64,000 bases of DNA. It comes from Selaginella moellendorffii (lineage: Eukaryota > Plantae > Lycopodiophyta). Positions 51,610 through 64,000 of this stretch are shown piece by piece. A program made the position numbers and the translations under genes. The notes beneath the pieces were generated by a model that saw only the letters and a list, made by a program, of their open reading frames with translations, searched no databases and was not told where the DNA came from. Within the stretch, counting starts at the first letter, position 1; every line of letters starts with the position of its first letter. The stretch spans positions 124,042-188,041 of the forward strand of contig NW_003314394.1 of the NCBI RefSeq assembly GCF_000143415.4. The letters are read 5' to 3'.

Positions 51610-52561
51610 GAGAGCAAGGCTCCAAAGTCACACTTGGCATGTTTGTGCTGCAACCAATCCATACCTAAAATGAGGTCAAAAGCTTGACTTGGCACCACCT
51701 ACAATGACTGCAACTCAAGCTCGAAATCGCCCACATGCACAACCAGGTACACCTCATCCCGTGCACATGCATGTGTATGGCCATTCCCATAAAGAATGAA
51801 AATTGGTTCCACCGTATGATGCAAGTGTAGATGGCAACGTATGGCAATAGGTCGAGCAATAGAAATTAAATTCGAATCTATATCAACCAATACGGAGAGA
51901 AGAATAAGAGACCTCTTGTTATAAAAATGTGCTTGGAAAGTAAACACTGGATGATCCGGTGCCGAGTGACCCCCTTGATGATACTCCTGAAAGAAAGATG
52001 GAGAAGTCACTAACTTATTTGCACAAGGTCCCTCCATTACTCACGTGACTCCTTATTTCCTCGATGCATCTCGGTGTCCAGACCTTCCACTGTAGCAGCA
52101 CCAATAGGACATTGTTGATGCCAAGGTCTCCACTTAGGAAACGGAGGCCACCAATTCGGAAAATGCCGACAACGCTGATAAGTGTGACTAACTTCATCAC
52201 ATGCCTAATAGCAAACATCATGACCATGACCACGTCCTTGCCCTTGTCCTTGGACTCGAGTAGCAGCAACATCAACCTCCATTGGAATAGGACCATTGCC
52301 AACATGAAGTGGAGCAAAAGGACGAGCAGTGAGAAGTGGAAGAAGCGACGTCTCATAATGTTGTGTTAAGCGAAGAGCATCGTCAAGGGTGGCTGGAACA
52401 AGTGCATGCACAAGTTTGACAAGATCTTGACGAAGTGTTAGCCACAACATTCCTAACTTGATCCGCTCTAACATATTTGGCTCCGCACGAAGCAAGAGGC
52501 TTGGAAAACAAATGCCAAATTGCATTACTGACTTAGATGGCCCTTGACAAAAACAATGCAA
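51610..52561 (-). pseudogene. Gypsy gag-protease remnant
   Basis: PATLDDALRL and GPIPMEVD (gag); VLVDIDSNL (degenerate DSG) and LILGMDWL (protease C-terminal motif). Confidence 0.7.
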
Positions 52562-52890
52562 TTGTTGAAATGTATCATCATAATGGTTAGCATGTTCAAA
52601 TGCATGATGAGGGAATATAGAACAAGAGTGGTTTTTGGATAGTGATATCTTGAATAAATTGTGCTTCCTTAAGGTCTATAGAAGACAAGTCATGTGAACC
52701 ATAAGAAGGCAAAGTATCCAGCCATCAACATATCACCACTTCAAATTCCACTATCAACTCCAATTGAAAACTTGAATCCTCTTCGGCTGCATTTGGCCCT
52801 TGTGCTCACAAATTAAGAGCCAACTATCTGAGAGCTATAAGGAAACTTCTTAGGAAAATCTTTTTTAGATTAAAAATGAAAATTTTATAT

Positions 52891-53048
52891 TGTGAGGGCC
52901 AAGTGTATGGCTACGGTGCTATATACTAATATTAGCGTAGTGGGATTTTAGTAGCCATCCGATTGGTTTCAATCCAAACCACTCATTTTTATATAAAAAC
53001 TATGAGTTTTTGGACGACCGATCGGAAATCGCAGAAATGTTTCTTTAG
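52891..53048 (+). repeat. Second copy of the short LTR at 5570-5732
   Basis: tgtgagggccaagtgta...atactaatattagcgtagtgggattttagtagcc aligns with 5570 onward; runs into the N gap. Confidence 0.7.
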
Positions 53049-54029
53049 NNNNNNNNNNNNNNNNNNNNNNNNNNNNNNNNNNNNNNNNNNNNNNNNNNNN
53101 NNNNNNNNNNNNNNNNNNNNNNNNNNNNNNNNNNNNNNNNNNNNNNNNNNNNNNNNNNNNNNNNNNNNNNNNNNNNNNNNNNNNNNNNNNNNNNNNNNNN
53201 NNNNNNNNNNNNNNNNNNNNNNNNNNNNNNNNNNNNNNNNNNNNNNNNNNNNNNNNNNNNNNNNNNNNNNNNNNNNNNNNNNNNNNNNNNNNNNNNNNNN
53301 NNNNNNNNNNNNNNNNNNNNNNNNNNNNNNNNNNNNNNNNNNNNNNNNNNNNNNNNNNNNNNNNNNNNNNNNNNNNNNNNNNNNNNNNNNNNNNNNNNNN
53401 NNNNNNNNNNNNNNNNNNNNNNNNNNNNNNNNNNNNNNNNNNNNNNNNNNNNNNNNNNNNNNNNNNNNNNNNNNNNNNNNNNNNNNNNNNNNNNNNNNNN
53501 NNNNNNNNNNNNNNNNNNNNNNNNNNNNNNNNNNNNNNNNNNNNNNNNNNNNNNNNNNNNNNNNNNNNNNNNNNNNNNNNNNNNNNNNNNNNNNNNNNNN
53601 NNNNNNNNNNNNNNNNNNNNNNNNNNNNNNNNNNNNNNNNNNNNNNNNNNNNNNNNNNNNNNNNNNNNNNNNNNNNNNNNNNNNNNNNNNNNNNNNNNNN
53701 NNNNNNNNNNNNNNNNNNNNNNNNNNNNNNNNNNNNNNNNNNNNNNNNNNNNNNNNNNNNNNNNNNNNNNNNNNNNNNNNNNNNNNNNNNNNNNNNNNNN
53801 NNNNNNNNNNNNNNNNNNNNNNNNNNNNNNNNNNNNNNNNNNNNNNNNNNNNNNNNNNNNNNNNNNNNNNNNNNNNNNNNNNNNNNNNNNNNNNNNNNNN
53901 NNNNNNNNNNNNNNNNNNNNNNNNNNNNNNNNNNNNNNNNNNNNNNNNNNNNNNNNNNNNNNNNNNNNNNNNNNNNNNNNNNNNNNNNNNNNNNNNNNNN
54001 NNNNNNNNNNNNNNNNNNNNNNNNNNNNN
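53049..54029. other. N run
   Basis: Run of N. Confidence 0.98.
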
Positions 54030-55229
54030 GCTATTCCTATCGTTCCACTTCCACTTAATCTCCCTTTCTTAGCTCCATGCAAAAGAGATATATAGAAGAT
54101 AACTAACATAAACATCAAAATTGGTATAAATATCTAAAGCTTGCAAGAATAAGAAACAAAAATTACTCCATATTAATGGAAAATAAAGTGCTCAATATTG
54201 TAGTGTATATGATTTTCACTCTTTACCCCACAGTGAATTACCATTTGATAATCATATAGTGGAATGTAACCCTTAGACATGTGTGTCAAATGTAATAGAG
54301 TGAAACTTGAGTTTTAGAGCCTTGAGCCACTAAAGGAAAGGATGGAGTTGAACTCCCAATAATATAGCTAAAGAGTGAAATAACTGGAGTATGGAATAAC
54401 TCTTGACTGTACAAGCAAACAATAAAGGAATATAATTATAAAACAATGTTGGAATAATTCTAGAGCATCTAACATCCTAAAGCCAAGACCAAATATACAA
54501 AATAAAGCCAAATAGAATTTAATATTATTTTAGTATCTTAATATGATAATATAGGTATTTTATCAACTATAATCATATAGAGCTTAGGTTTAGACCAGAC
54601 GCATAACAAAGACAAAAATACCTAGTAGAAAAATAAACAATATCTCATATTAGTCAACCTTAGTAAGTGCAAGAGTTTCTCTAATCAAGTCTAAATATTT
54701 TAATTAGGCATATTTATGATCATGAATAATAGTGTTGTTTTTATGTCTAAATTTACAATATAACACCGTATCATATTTAAGAAGTTTTCAAGATTATCCC
54801 ATATACTAGTCTTGTGAGGAAATCAATGCTAGAGGCCAAGAATATTGATAAAGGATGGCTATAGAGGGTTCTAAATGTATAATAAAGATAGTGGTAGATT
54901 GGGTAAGTATTTGGAACCTTTACAATATTGAATTTAATTCCTTAATATTCACTCTTATTGTGTCTGCCAAGACACCCTTAATATCATGCTCTATATGTTT
55001 GTATTATTTTGGTCCTATTAGCTATCTATAGAAAGCATCAAGTATATTTGACTAAAACATTTAGAAATTTTGTCTTTATACTCTTTTGGCCAAGTGCACA
55101 AGAAAAGATTAATTTCTCAACTTTTGTTATCTTCACCTTCAAATTAATGGCTATTTACTTATAATAGATGATAAGAATAATATTATATAGAAAAATAATA
55201 TCTTCTTTAGTTTACGCTGATAGCTAACT

Positions 55230-55400
55230 TTTGGTTACCCGCAATCCCATTCATTTTGCATGTGGATGTTTTTTATATTAATCTTAAAGGTGTGTTGATG
55301 CAAGAGAGCCTAAGTATTCTTGATTAATGCCATTCTATTGCATATATTAGTCATACATGACAAATATAACTAAAAAAATCAAGTATGATAAAAGAAGAAT
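55230..55400 (+). pseudogene. Heavily decayed RNase H fragment related to about 3660-3830
   Basis: ggtgtgttgatgcaagagagcctaa and attgcatatat are shared with 3723-3780. Confidence 0.6.
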
Positions 55401-58400
55401 GACCTTAACATCACTTGCAACATTGGAAGAGTATAAGCCCTTATGCTAGGTCCCTAACAATATTATATTTTTCATTCAGCACAATATTTGGATAAATTAA
55501 TTGTAACATACTATTGCAAAGACCATTTGTATTATAGCATATTAAGTAAAAATATTGACACCAAATCTTAGGTATAACCCTCACTTAAAAAATAATATTA
55601 AAAAATACATTAGGAAATAAGGATAGACAATAATATTTTTTTGTTATCTTCACCATCAAATTGATGGTTTATTACTTATAATAGATGATAAGAATAATAT
55701 TATATAGAAAAATAATATCTTTTTTAGTTCTTACTGTGTTAACAATTGATATTTAATACAAACTTCTCAATTTAATGGATTTAGGAAAGTAATTTGTGTA
55801 AAACATTACTATACTTGTTTGTTTTATGTTCTATCTAAATTCAAACAAGTAGACTTCAAATTCAATATGTACAACTAGAAAATCTATTGAGAGTGGGAAG
55901 AGTGAGGCTGAGCCATCTAATTTCTTCATTGAAGAGAGTGAATTTCTACTATTAGATTATCACAAGAATGAAGTGAATGGTTTGCTTCTCAAAATTAAAA
56001 AGAAAAAAAATCTTACCTTGTGACAGAGCTTTCATCCACCTCCTAGTGAAGCATAGGCTTAATAATGAGGATGATATTGTCCTGGACCATCTAGAGAATG
56101 AAGCAAAGCTATGGTGACCTTCCACAGAATCTTGAATTATGACTTTAAGACTAGTTTCTCTAAATTTTCTTCCTAGTGAATCAAATACACACAAGAGAAT
56201 TTTCTTACCTTACTATATTATGAACTTGATGTTCCAGCTTGTCCAACAACTTATGATTTCTTGAAACTAGATGGCCACAAGCCAGAAAAGTTTTTTTATT
56301 CCTTTTGCTCTACATAGACAAGTACATGTCATTGATTTGTGGTTAAAAATTTCTCTTTTCTTTTTCTTGTCTTGGTTGTCAACTTATGATTTGCTTGAAG
56401 GAAGGAAAATCCCAATCACAATGGTTTGCTATTTTCATTGCCAATACAAAATCAAAACAAACATGAACTACATCCATACTCATCCTTTTGCTGATATTCC
56501 TTCCCCATGAAACTAAATAAATCCTCACTAAGAAAAGAAAGAAATTCTCTAGCTAAATAAAGGATCTTGCATTACCACCATGCAATTCCGCACTACCAGA
56601 CCCTGCTGCTAGCGGCCCTAGAGAATTCCTAGTACACCATGAATGCTGCTATAGCCGCTGCGATGCCGTTGCTGTGGCCACTAGGATGCCATTGCTGTGG
56701 CCGCTGGGATGCTGTTGTTGTGGCTGCTGCAATGGCGGTGTTGTGGCTGCTGTGGCCACTGGGATGCCACTTTCTTAGTGCTTGCCACAGCCTGCTTCCT
56801 TGCAAATACTAAGGCACTGTTGTGGCTGCTACGATGCCGCTGCTGCCATACCCTAGCAGGCAAGCACAAGTCCTTGCACCCTTAATTCCTCAAATTAGAA
56901 TTTTAGTATATAAATGATCGTGTGTACCATGCCCAAGCTCATAGAGTGCAGATTGCTGAATTGAAAGAATCACCTTATTGTATCCAGTGACAAGTCCATT
57001 CCAAGCCAAATATTATCCTCACTAGTTAAAATAGATAAACTCTACTGATTATTATAGTATAGATGATGAACCAAATGACCACCTTTACACAATCTATTTA
57101 AATGCCTTATTCATTTTATTCAGCACTTAATCCTAGGCTGTAGGAGTGATGCTCAACAACCTGTACTTGTTGGACTCACTTCTTCTGGTTCTTTTTCTAT
57201 TTTTGATGCCTGGAAGTCTCTTGCCTTGTACTTTGCTGTCGACCAGTTGCTTTAGTAGAACTTTCACCATAAGCACTTGTTGTTTCTTTGCTACTATTTC
57301 TAAAATTCCATCACTTTCAGCATGATGCTCTTCTAAGTTTAAGTCTTCCATGCCTAGTTTTATTGCCATTGCTACATTCACATTTTGTGGAGCCAAGGTG
57401 AAACATGTTGTGGATTTGCAATCAGGATTCTTTTAAACTAGAAAGATTTTAATCACACAAAAAAATTACCTGTATACCACTAGAGGAATAATGTCTGGTC
57501 CATCTTGTCCTTAATAATGATTAGCACAAATACTTCTTGGTGATATTGCTTTTTTATTACGCAGCAAAGTGGATTGTAATTCCTACTCTTTGTCAACATC
57601 CTCCACAATAAATGTAGCAATTATAAAAATCAAAATGAGAGAAAAATCAGATAGATATCTCTGATCTGCTAAAGTAAGGTTCACTTCATCTGTGTCATCT
57701 TTAACATGAAGGCCATTGGGTCTGCAAAATGCCCCATTAGATCCATATGTTTTTGTGCTTTCTGGAGCTTCATTTGCTGTTGTCATGCCATCAGCAACAT
57801 CAGGAGCACTAGGTTAGCCTGGTTCTTGGAAAATTTGGCTTTCATGCAGTCTAATGTAGTCATCTAACTTGGTCCTTACTCGTGAAGTGTGCTAGTGTGC
57901 TCATTGATAAAAACATGAATAAGCTTGTTCACTCAAGCTGATGATAATCTGTTTCATGCAATATTATACACAAACTTCTTGCACTAAAGCTCTGTTATAT
58001 AGCTAGAGAAAAAAGGATTATAAAATTCTATGTAATGTATCACTATTTGATGAAGTTTGTGCTAAGATATGCATTGCGATCTTCCTAAAAAGTGGCGATG
58101 CTTGTCCATATATTTGCTAGATAGTATGAGATGGAGCCTTCTTCTCAACAAGTTTATGCCATGTTCCTTGCAACTTGATATCAGTCCAATCGGTGTAGAA
58201 TTTCTTGACCACAGTCTTGAATATCTTTGATATCTCAAGTTTTTCTTCCTAAAGTATATTGCATTCGACAAAATTCTTTAGATGCAGAAACTGTGTTGCT
58301 CAATGAAAATCACTCATGTATTTGACATGTGTTACATAAATAAGCTAATATAAATACTGGAATTGGTTCTTCTTTACTTTGAACTTCACATCCGAGTTCA

Positions 58401-59999
58401 AAAAGAAGCTATGCCATAAGGGAAATTTATGTATTAATAAAAATGCTATATAAAACAAACAAAAGTGATGTACCTGTTGATTGCTTCCCATTGTTCCCAA
58501 ACCAAACTAGCAATTGTACAAATTGCTTAATCACATACCATATTAGCCTTATAAAAATTAGTATGTTGTTAATCAAGTGCCAAAAAAGTTATCATCAGCT
58601 AGTGTTACCTTTATTTTTATTGTTGTTGAGTTTCTCTTTTCTTGTTGATCCTGAGTAGTTGTAGTCTCTTCCCAAGCTTGATACCCAGTGCTATTGAAAT
58701 TCTCTCACAAAACACCCCAAAATATGTTGAGCCTGGAAAGTGCATATAAATATATGCAAAGCATGTCTCAATTGGCTTAATAAGCTCCCTTTGAATCAAC
58801 GTATTTGGTCACTTTTTCCTGAAAATAGCAAGTACAGGGTCCTACTTATAGTAAACTTTAGCCTTGTGCTCTTCTATATATTGCTGTGTATTGTTTTTTC
58901 TTGAGATCAATCATAGAGTGGCCAAATGGTAGGTTTTTGTTGCAAAATCCAAAGTGTGAAACCAATTGGTTGTGATTCAGACTAATAAACAAATTGAACT
59001 AACTTCCTTATAGAATATTGATTTCAGCAATTAGTTTATAGTGATTGGTTACAAAGTTGGTTTAAAAAATGGTTAGTTTGCAATATTTATACTCAGTTTT
59101 TAAACTCTTTTTTAGATAAGTTTGATATGTGTTTTAAGTGATTTATAATACATTTTAAGAAGTACTTGTTTGATATAATTATGAGATTGTTTTAAACCGT
59201 ATCTTTACTAAGATTATTTGAATATTTTTAAAATGCTCATTTGTTAAAAATGGTTTTTAATTTATTTTTATTGATCATATTGGTTTGTCAAAATTATAGC
59301 ACTTGGTTTAAAAATTTGTTTTTGAGAATTATTAAGTAAAACAAAAAAAATATTCTCTATGATTTCAAATCTAAACCCACTAAAAAGTTCAATAAAATTC
59401 CAAATCTAAACTTACTAGAAAACTCACTAGTAAATGTTCCATTGCCAGAACCATAACCAAAACCAAGGTTGGCTATAGCCATGGCTATAGTCATAGTCAC
59501 AACCATAAGGGTTGATGAAGGATCCAATATAATTTAAATCTAAATCCACTAGAAAACTTAATAAAAACAAACTATTCTAAACTTACTAGAAAACTCAACA
59601 GAATTACAAACTAAAAAGCTAAATAAAAACTAAAAATCTCAAATCTAAACTTAGTAGAAAACTCACTAGTAGATGCTAATGTTGTTGATCCTATTATTGC
59701 CCCAAAACTCTAATGTTGTTTTTGGTATTAGATATCACATGCCTTTATACTCAAGCAAGATAAAAGAGATTAAGTACAACTATAATATAGCAACTAGGTT
59801 GGCCATAAATGGCCAAAGCTAAAGCTGACCATGACCATAGCTACAATAACGGCTAGCTATAGCCATGGCCATACCTATAGCCACAACAAAACCAACTTAT
59901 AGCCATAATATAGCTTTATCTTTAACATATTGGGGGTGGGAATGATTCTTTTAACATATCAGTCGGTTATGCTAAGGCCATGCCCATTCACCTTTGTCA

Positions 60000-61550
60000 C
60001 ACTTATGCTCCACTTTGGGGTAACTTCATAAACACATTGCTCACAATATGATGTGGAAATCATAATGACTTGATCATCAATGAAGCAATACCATACACAA
60101 CATCCATGTCACTACTACAAAGGTTTATATGAGTATCAAATATCAACTCAATTCAACAAAATGCAACATAAATACTACACCCTGCTGATAGAGATTTACA
60201 ACATTGAACACCACCAACTTTTGTTCATAACACAAACAAGCTCATGTCACACTTTTTCTAACCAAACTCAAAACTAATCCTACACCAAGCTACTCAAGGA
60301 GTAATAGTAAAGTTCCCCGGAAAAGAATTAAGCAGTGTAACCCAAATCTTCAATAGCAAATCTATACAAAATGGTTTAATGCTTACCAGTATCCATCCCA
60401 TGACTCACCACTTGTAAGACCATCATAACTAACATGCATCAAGATAGGGATGCTTAATTGCATATTGTGAACATAAGCAATGAATTAACACCTTGTTGCA
60501 AATTATCTTTCCAAGAAGAAAAAATGATTTATGTGTTTGATACTTTGTCCCTAATGACTTTCTTTTGGTCTCATCTTGACTAAACCTCAAACTTGCATTT
60601 GCATTGCCTTTAGTCTAATCCAAGAAAAGTTTATGAGAAAGCACAACAATGACTACTTGAACTAATAAACTAATCCCTACAGTCTTGATTGATCCATTTA
60701 TAATTATGCTTAGGAAGGATCCACTAATGCCATGCTAAATAGCTATAGACTAGCCTATTTGCCACTCATAGCAAACCTAAAGGAGGCTTATTTTTTACCT
60801 ATGGTATATGGTTCAACTCATGGTAACAACTAATAAACTAACATTAATCCTATCAACTCAAAGTATAACCTTGAGTTGCTAATATATCTCACTCACGAAC
60901 CCAAGTGCAAACTCGTGCAAACAGAACATCTCAATCCATCTTATGAATGTAAGTGCAAACTCATACAATATGGTACAAAAGGTAACCAAAATCCATACCC
61001 AAGGAACCAATGCAAAGTTTTAGCACCCAAAAGTATACCACCCAAATCATTATTTTCATCTCTGAGTATGCAACAAGACTAGTTGCTCAATCTTATTGGA
61101 TAGTACTCGTTGAGATGTATTCTCTGGTACCAAATATATCGCATGTGGTTTTCACCCTTTATCCTATGATGATTAACCATAACAAAGCAGAACTTATGTG
61201 CCACGTGTCATATGCCACATGCCACATGCCATGTGTTTAAGGACAGCGAAGTGGAACCCAAGTTTCAAAGTCTTGTGCCACTGAATGAAGAAACAAAACC
61301 AAACTTCTAAGCATGGAGCCAAGGAACAAAGGTACTAAAGTACGGAGTGACTCCCGAGCATACAGCCTAAGGAGCAAAAGAACAGGAGTATGGAGCAATT
61401 TGGGATAGTTCTAGAGCATCTAGCATCCCAATGCCAGAATCAATATGTAAAATGAAGCCAAATGGGGCTCAGTATATTGGTGGCCTAATGCGAGGATATG
61501 GGTACTCCACTAGCTAGCATGGTATGGAATTTGAGCTTAGACTTAAGCGG
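60000..61550 (-). mobile_element. Older copy of the non-autonomous LTR family: partial LTR, PBS-like site and 5' internal region
   Basis: Reverse complement of about 20590-22150; the minus strand reads tttggtaccagaga at ~61122-61134. Confidence 0.8.
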
Positions 61551-63149
61551 GCCCAAAAAAAGGGATGGGCCCCCAAGGGGTAAGCTTTTCTTTAAATTTA
61601 TTGGGCCAGCCCGGACCCACCCATTTTCCTTTTTAAACTTTGGGGACCCCCCCCCCCCCCCCCCCCCCACCCTTTCGGGATTGGATTGATAGGCAATAAA
61701 ATTTTGTGGAGTGAAAATCTTTTAAGATAAACCACACATGAGCAAGATAGATACGCTATGAAAAACAATATTTGTTGCTTGAAAAATTTCTAGAACTTTC
61801 ATATAATAAGTGTCCTAGACATTTGGCCTCTAAAGGAAAGTCATCCCCATTTCAAAATTGATTGGAAAGTTAAATTAAGAGTGATTGATCATAGGTGAGC
61901 AGAATCATCAATGCCACATAATCCAAGAAATCAAGAGTACGATCCCGGCTTCCACATCCACAGATGCAGGGTGCATCAATTGCTAGGACTAGCGCATCAT
62001 AATGCTTGACCAAGAAAATCAGATCATGTGTCAATAACTCGACGATCTATGCCGAAGCATCAAGATTATCACTATGAAGACCAAGCTCAACAACCTAGAG
62101 TGGGATTTGGAGAATTTGACTGGGGGAGTGATGAAGAGGTAAATATTTTATCTTGTGTATCTTCCTAGGCAGAGCAAAAGAATGAAGTTTAAGCGAAATG
62201 GAATTATACCTAAGCTTAGGCATCCCAAGAAGAAAATCCCGACCTAGGAAATGCTTATTATAAACAAACAAAAAGCAGTTCAGAATGGTTATAAAATCAT
62301 GTAGTAGGCCAATTCCATTCCATTTTATTTTCCATGCTAAGTAATTCTTTTCCCATTTTTCTTCTCTTTTTCTCTTCTCTATGTTCTTGTCTCTGTTTAT
62401 GTGTCACTATTTTGCAGGTAGGGGCAAGAATGTGAGTATAGGCACAAAAAACTGCACTCAACATTTCTATAGCTGGAGCCCTTTGCACAATCTAGTGGAA
62501 GCAAAAGAAAAGCATATAAGGCCTCAAATTTTAATATTAACCTACAAACATTTTAGGTCACATCTTAGAATATCAAGTATATAAATATTTTTCTATACTA
62601 TTTTCTTATAATCAAGGTTGTAATGTTTCTTATCTCTAGAGTTTGCATGAGCTAGATCCATTAAATATCCAAAACCATACTTTTTTACATAACTTCATTT
62701 TCTTAAAATATAATCTCAAGCAAAGTCTTCAACCACAACCAAAATAAAGTTCACTGGCAAGTCCAAATCCTGCACAGCCACAACCATCAAACACAAGGTA
62801 GAACTCAATATGTGAGTCCAAGTCCTATCATCAAGCACAAACCAGTCAAGTCTAAGCATAATAAGGTGGTCTTAATTTTGTTAAGGACAACTCACCACCT
62901 CTACCATATAAATGATATGAGAAATAACCCAATTGTAGCTAATGCAAAAAATGGGAGCTCCACAAGCAAAAGAAATTAGTGATGATAGCCATAGAAGTTT
63001 TTACAGTATAGGCAAGTTTGAGGAATTTCATTGCATACAAAAGAAAACATAGGATAAAATAAAATTACCATGAGAATGCTCATATAAAAGACTTATAAAA
63101 ATATATATCTTTGCTTGGGAGGTTTAAAGTGTATTTTCCAGTTGCGTAT

Positions 63150-63991
63150 GGATATAATACTCACTTCTTTCTACCATGAACTCACCTAGATAAAATCACA
63201 ATAGGTTACTTGCCATATAAATCACAATCTAAACATCAATCATAATGCTCTATAAGTAGAATATCAATACTATCTTTTCCATCGTCCCTCTATCGGTGGA
63301 GGCTTTATAGGGATAGTGAGTAAGTTGGATATAATTGACCAACTTAAGGCATAGTTTAGTTCTTACTTAGGTGTTTGTACTTGTTTTACATTTGGTTTGA
63401 ACGTAAACTCAAGCTTTATACTATGTTAGCTGATGGAGTAATTATATCCTCACATTAGGCCACTAGTATGTTGAAATAATGTCAAACTCTATTTGGCTTT
63501 GTTTTATAGGGTAGTCTTAGCATTAGAATGCTAAATGTTCTAAAATTGTTCCTAAATCACTCCTTACTTGCTTATTGAACTATGTGCTTAAGAATTGTTC
63601 TATTTTTCAATTCTTTTGCTCCTTGGCTATATGGCTAAGAATTTGGCTTTGTCTCTTTGATCAGTGGCTCAAGGCTCTAAAACTCAAGTTTTACTTCTAC
63701 AAACACACACAAAACACGAGCAAAAGCCACATTTTTTGAGAGCTCGGGCTCCGGAAAAAAAACAGCAAACAGCCATACCTTCTTTGATCTTGTCCAGTGC
63801 TTGGTAGAGTGATTTCTCTTGGTGCCTGCGTAGATACTGCACTAACACACATGTAGATTCCACTACTCTTGGTCCATATGTCCAAGGGTTTAAGTTCCAC
63901 TTTGTTGCCCTTGGTCCACGTGTTCAAGGGCGTAAGGGTTTTCCTATAGTAAATCACAATAGGGTAAAGGGTGAAAATTGCATACATTACA
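63150..63991 (+). repeat. Strongly decayed LTR related to the same family
   Basis: gggatagtgagtaag, ttaaggcatagt, tggagta...cacattaggccac and terminal aaagggtgaaaa...ttaCA match the 27175-28317 LTR. Confidence 0.65.
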
Positions 63992-64000
63992 TCATCTTAG

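Overview
Eukaryotic, repeat-dense window with no intact host gene. The many ~50-nt GT-AG introns and tRNA-iMet-primed LTR elements suggest a land plant, possibly a non-seed plant such as Selaginella (inference). It is a nest of transposons: two decayed MULE-type transposase genes, two Ty3/Gypsy pol remnants (one with a chromodomain), a non-coding LTR element with a nested solo LTR, and two inverted copies of a Sola-like DNA transposon. The complete Sola-like copy (7868-20226, 12.36 kb) has 21-bp TIRs and a 4-bp TSD (CTTT). Divergent from its transposase it carries an 11-exon cargo gene that I splice by hand into about 1640 aa: a ParB/Srx-like domain, a degenerate DNA-methyltransferase-like fold, an acidic linker and an FCP1/SCP-like HAD phosphatase domain. 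The element carries more than 20 copies of a 22-bp palindrome (ATGGCRTG-N6-CAYGCCAT), many inside its small introns. The unrelated MULE-like element also has a divergent ParB-like plus beta-class amino-MTase gene next to it, with its own palindromes. The candidate novel system is a transposon-encoded ParB/parS-like self-recognition module with chromatin or DNA-modifying effector domains, found with two transposase superfamilies. All domain calls are from motif recognition by eye, with no database search.
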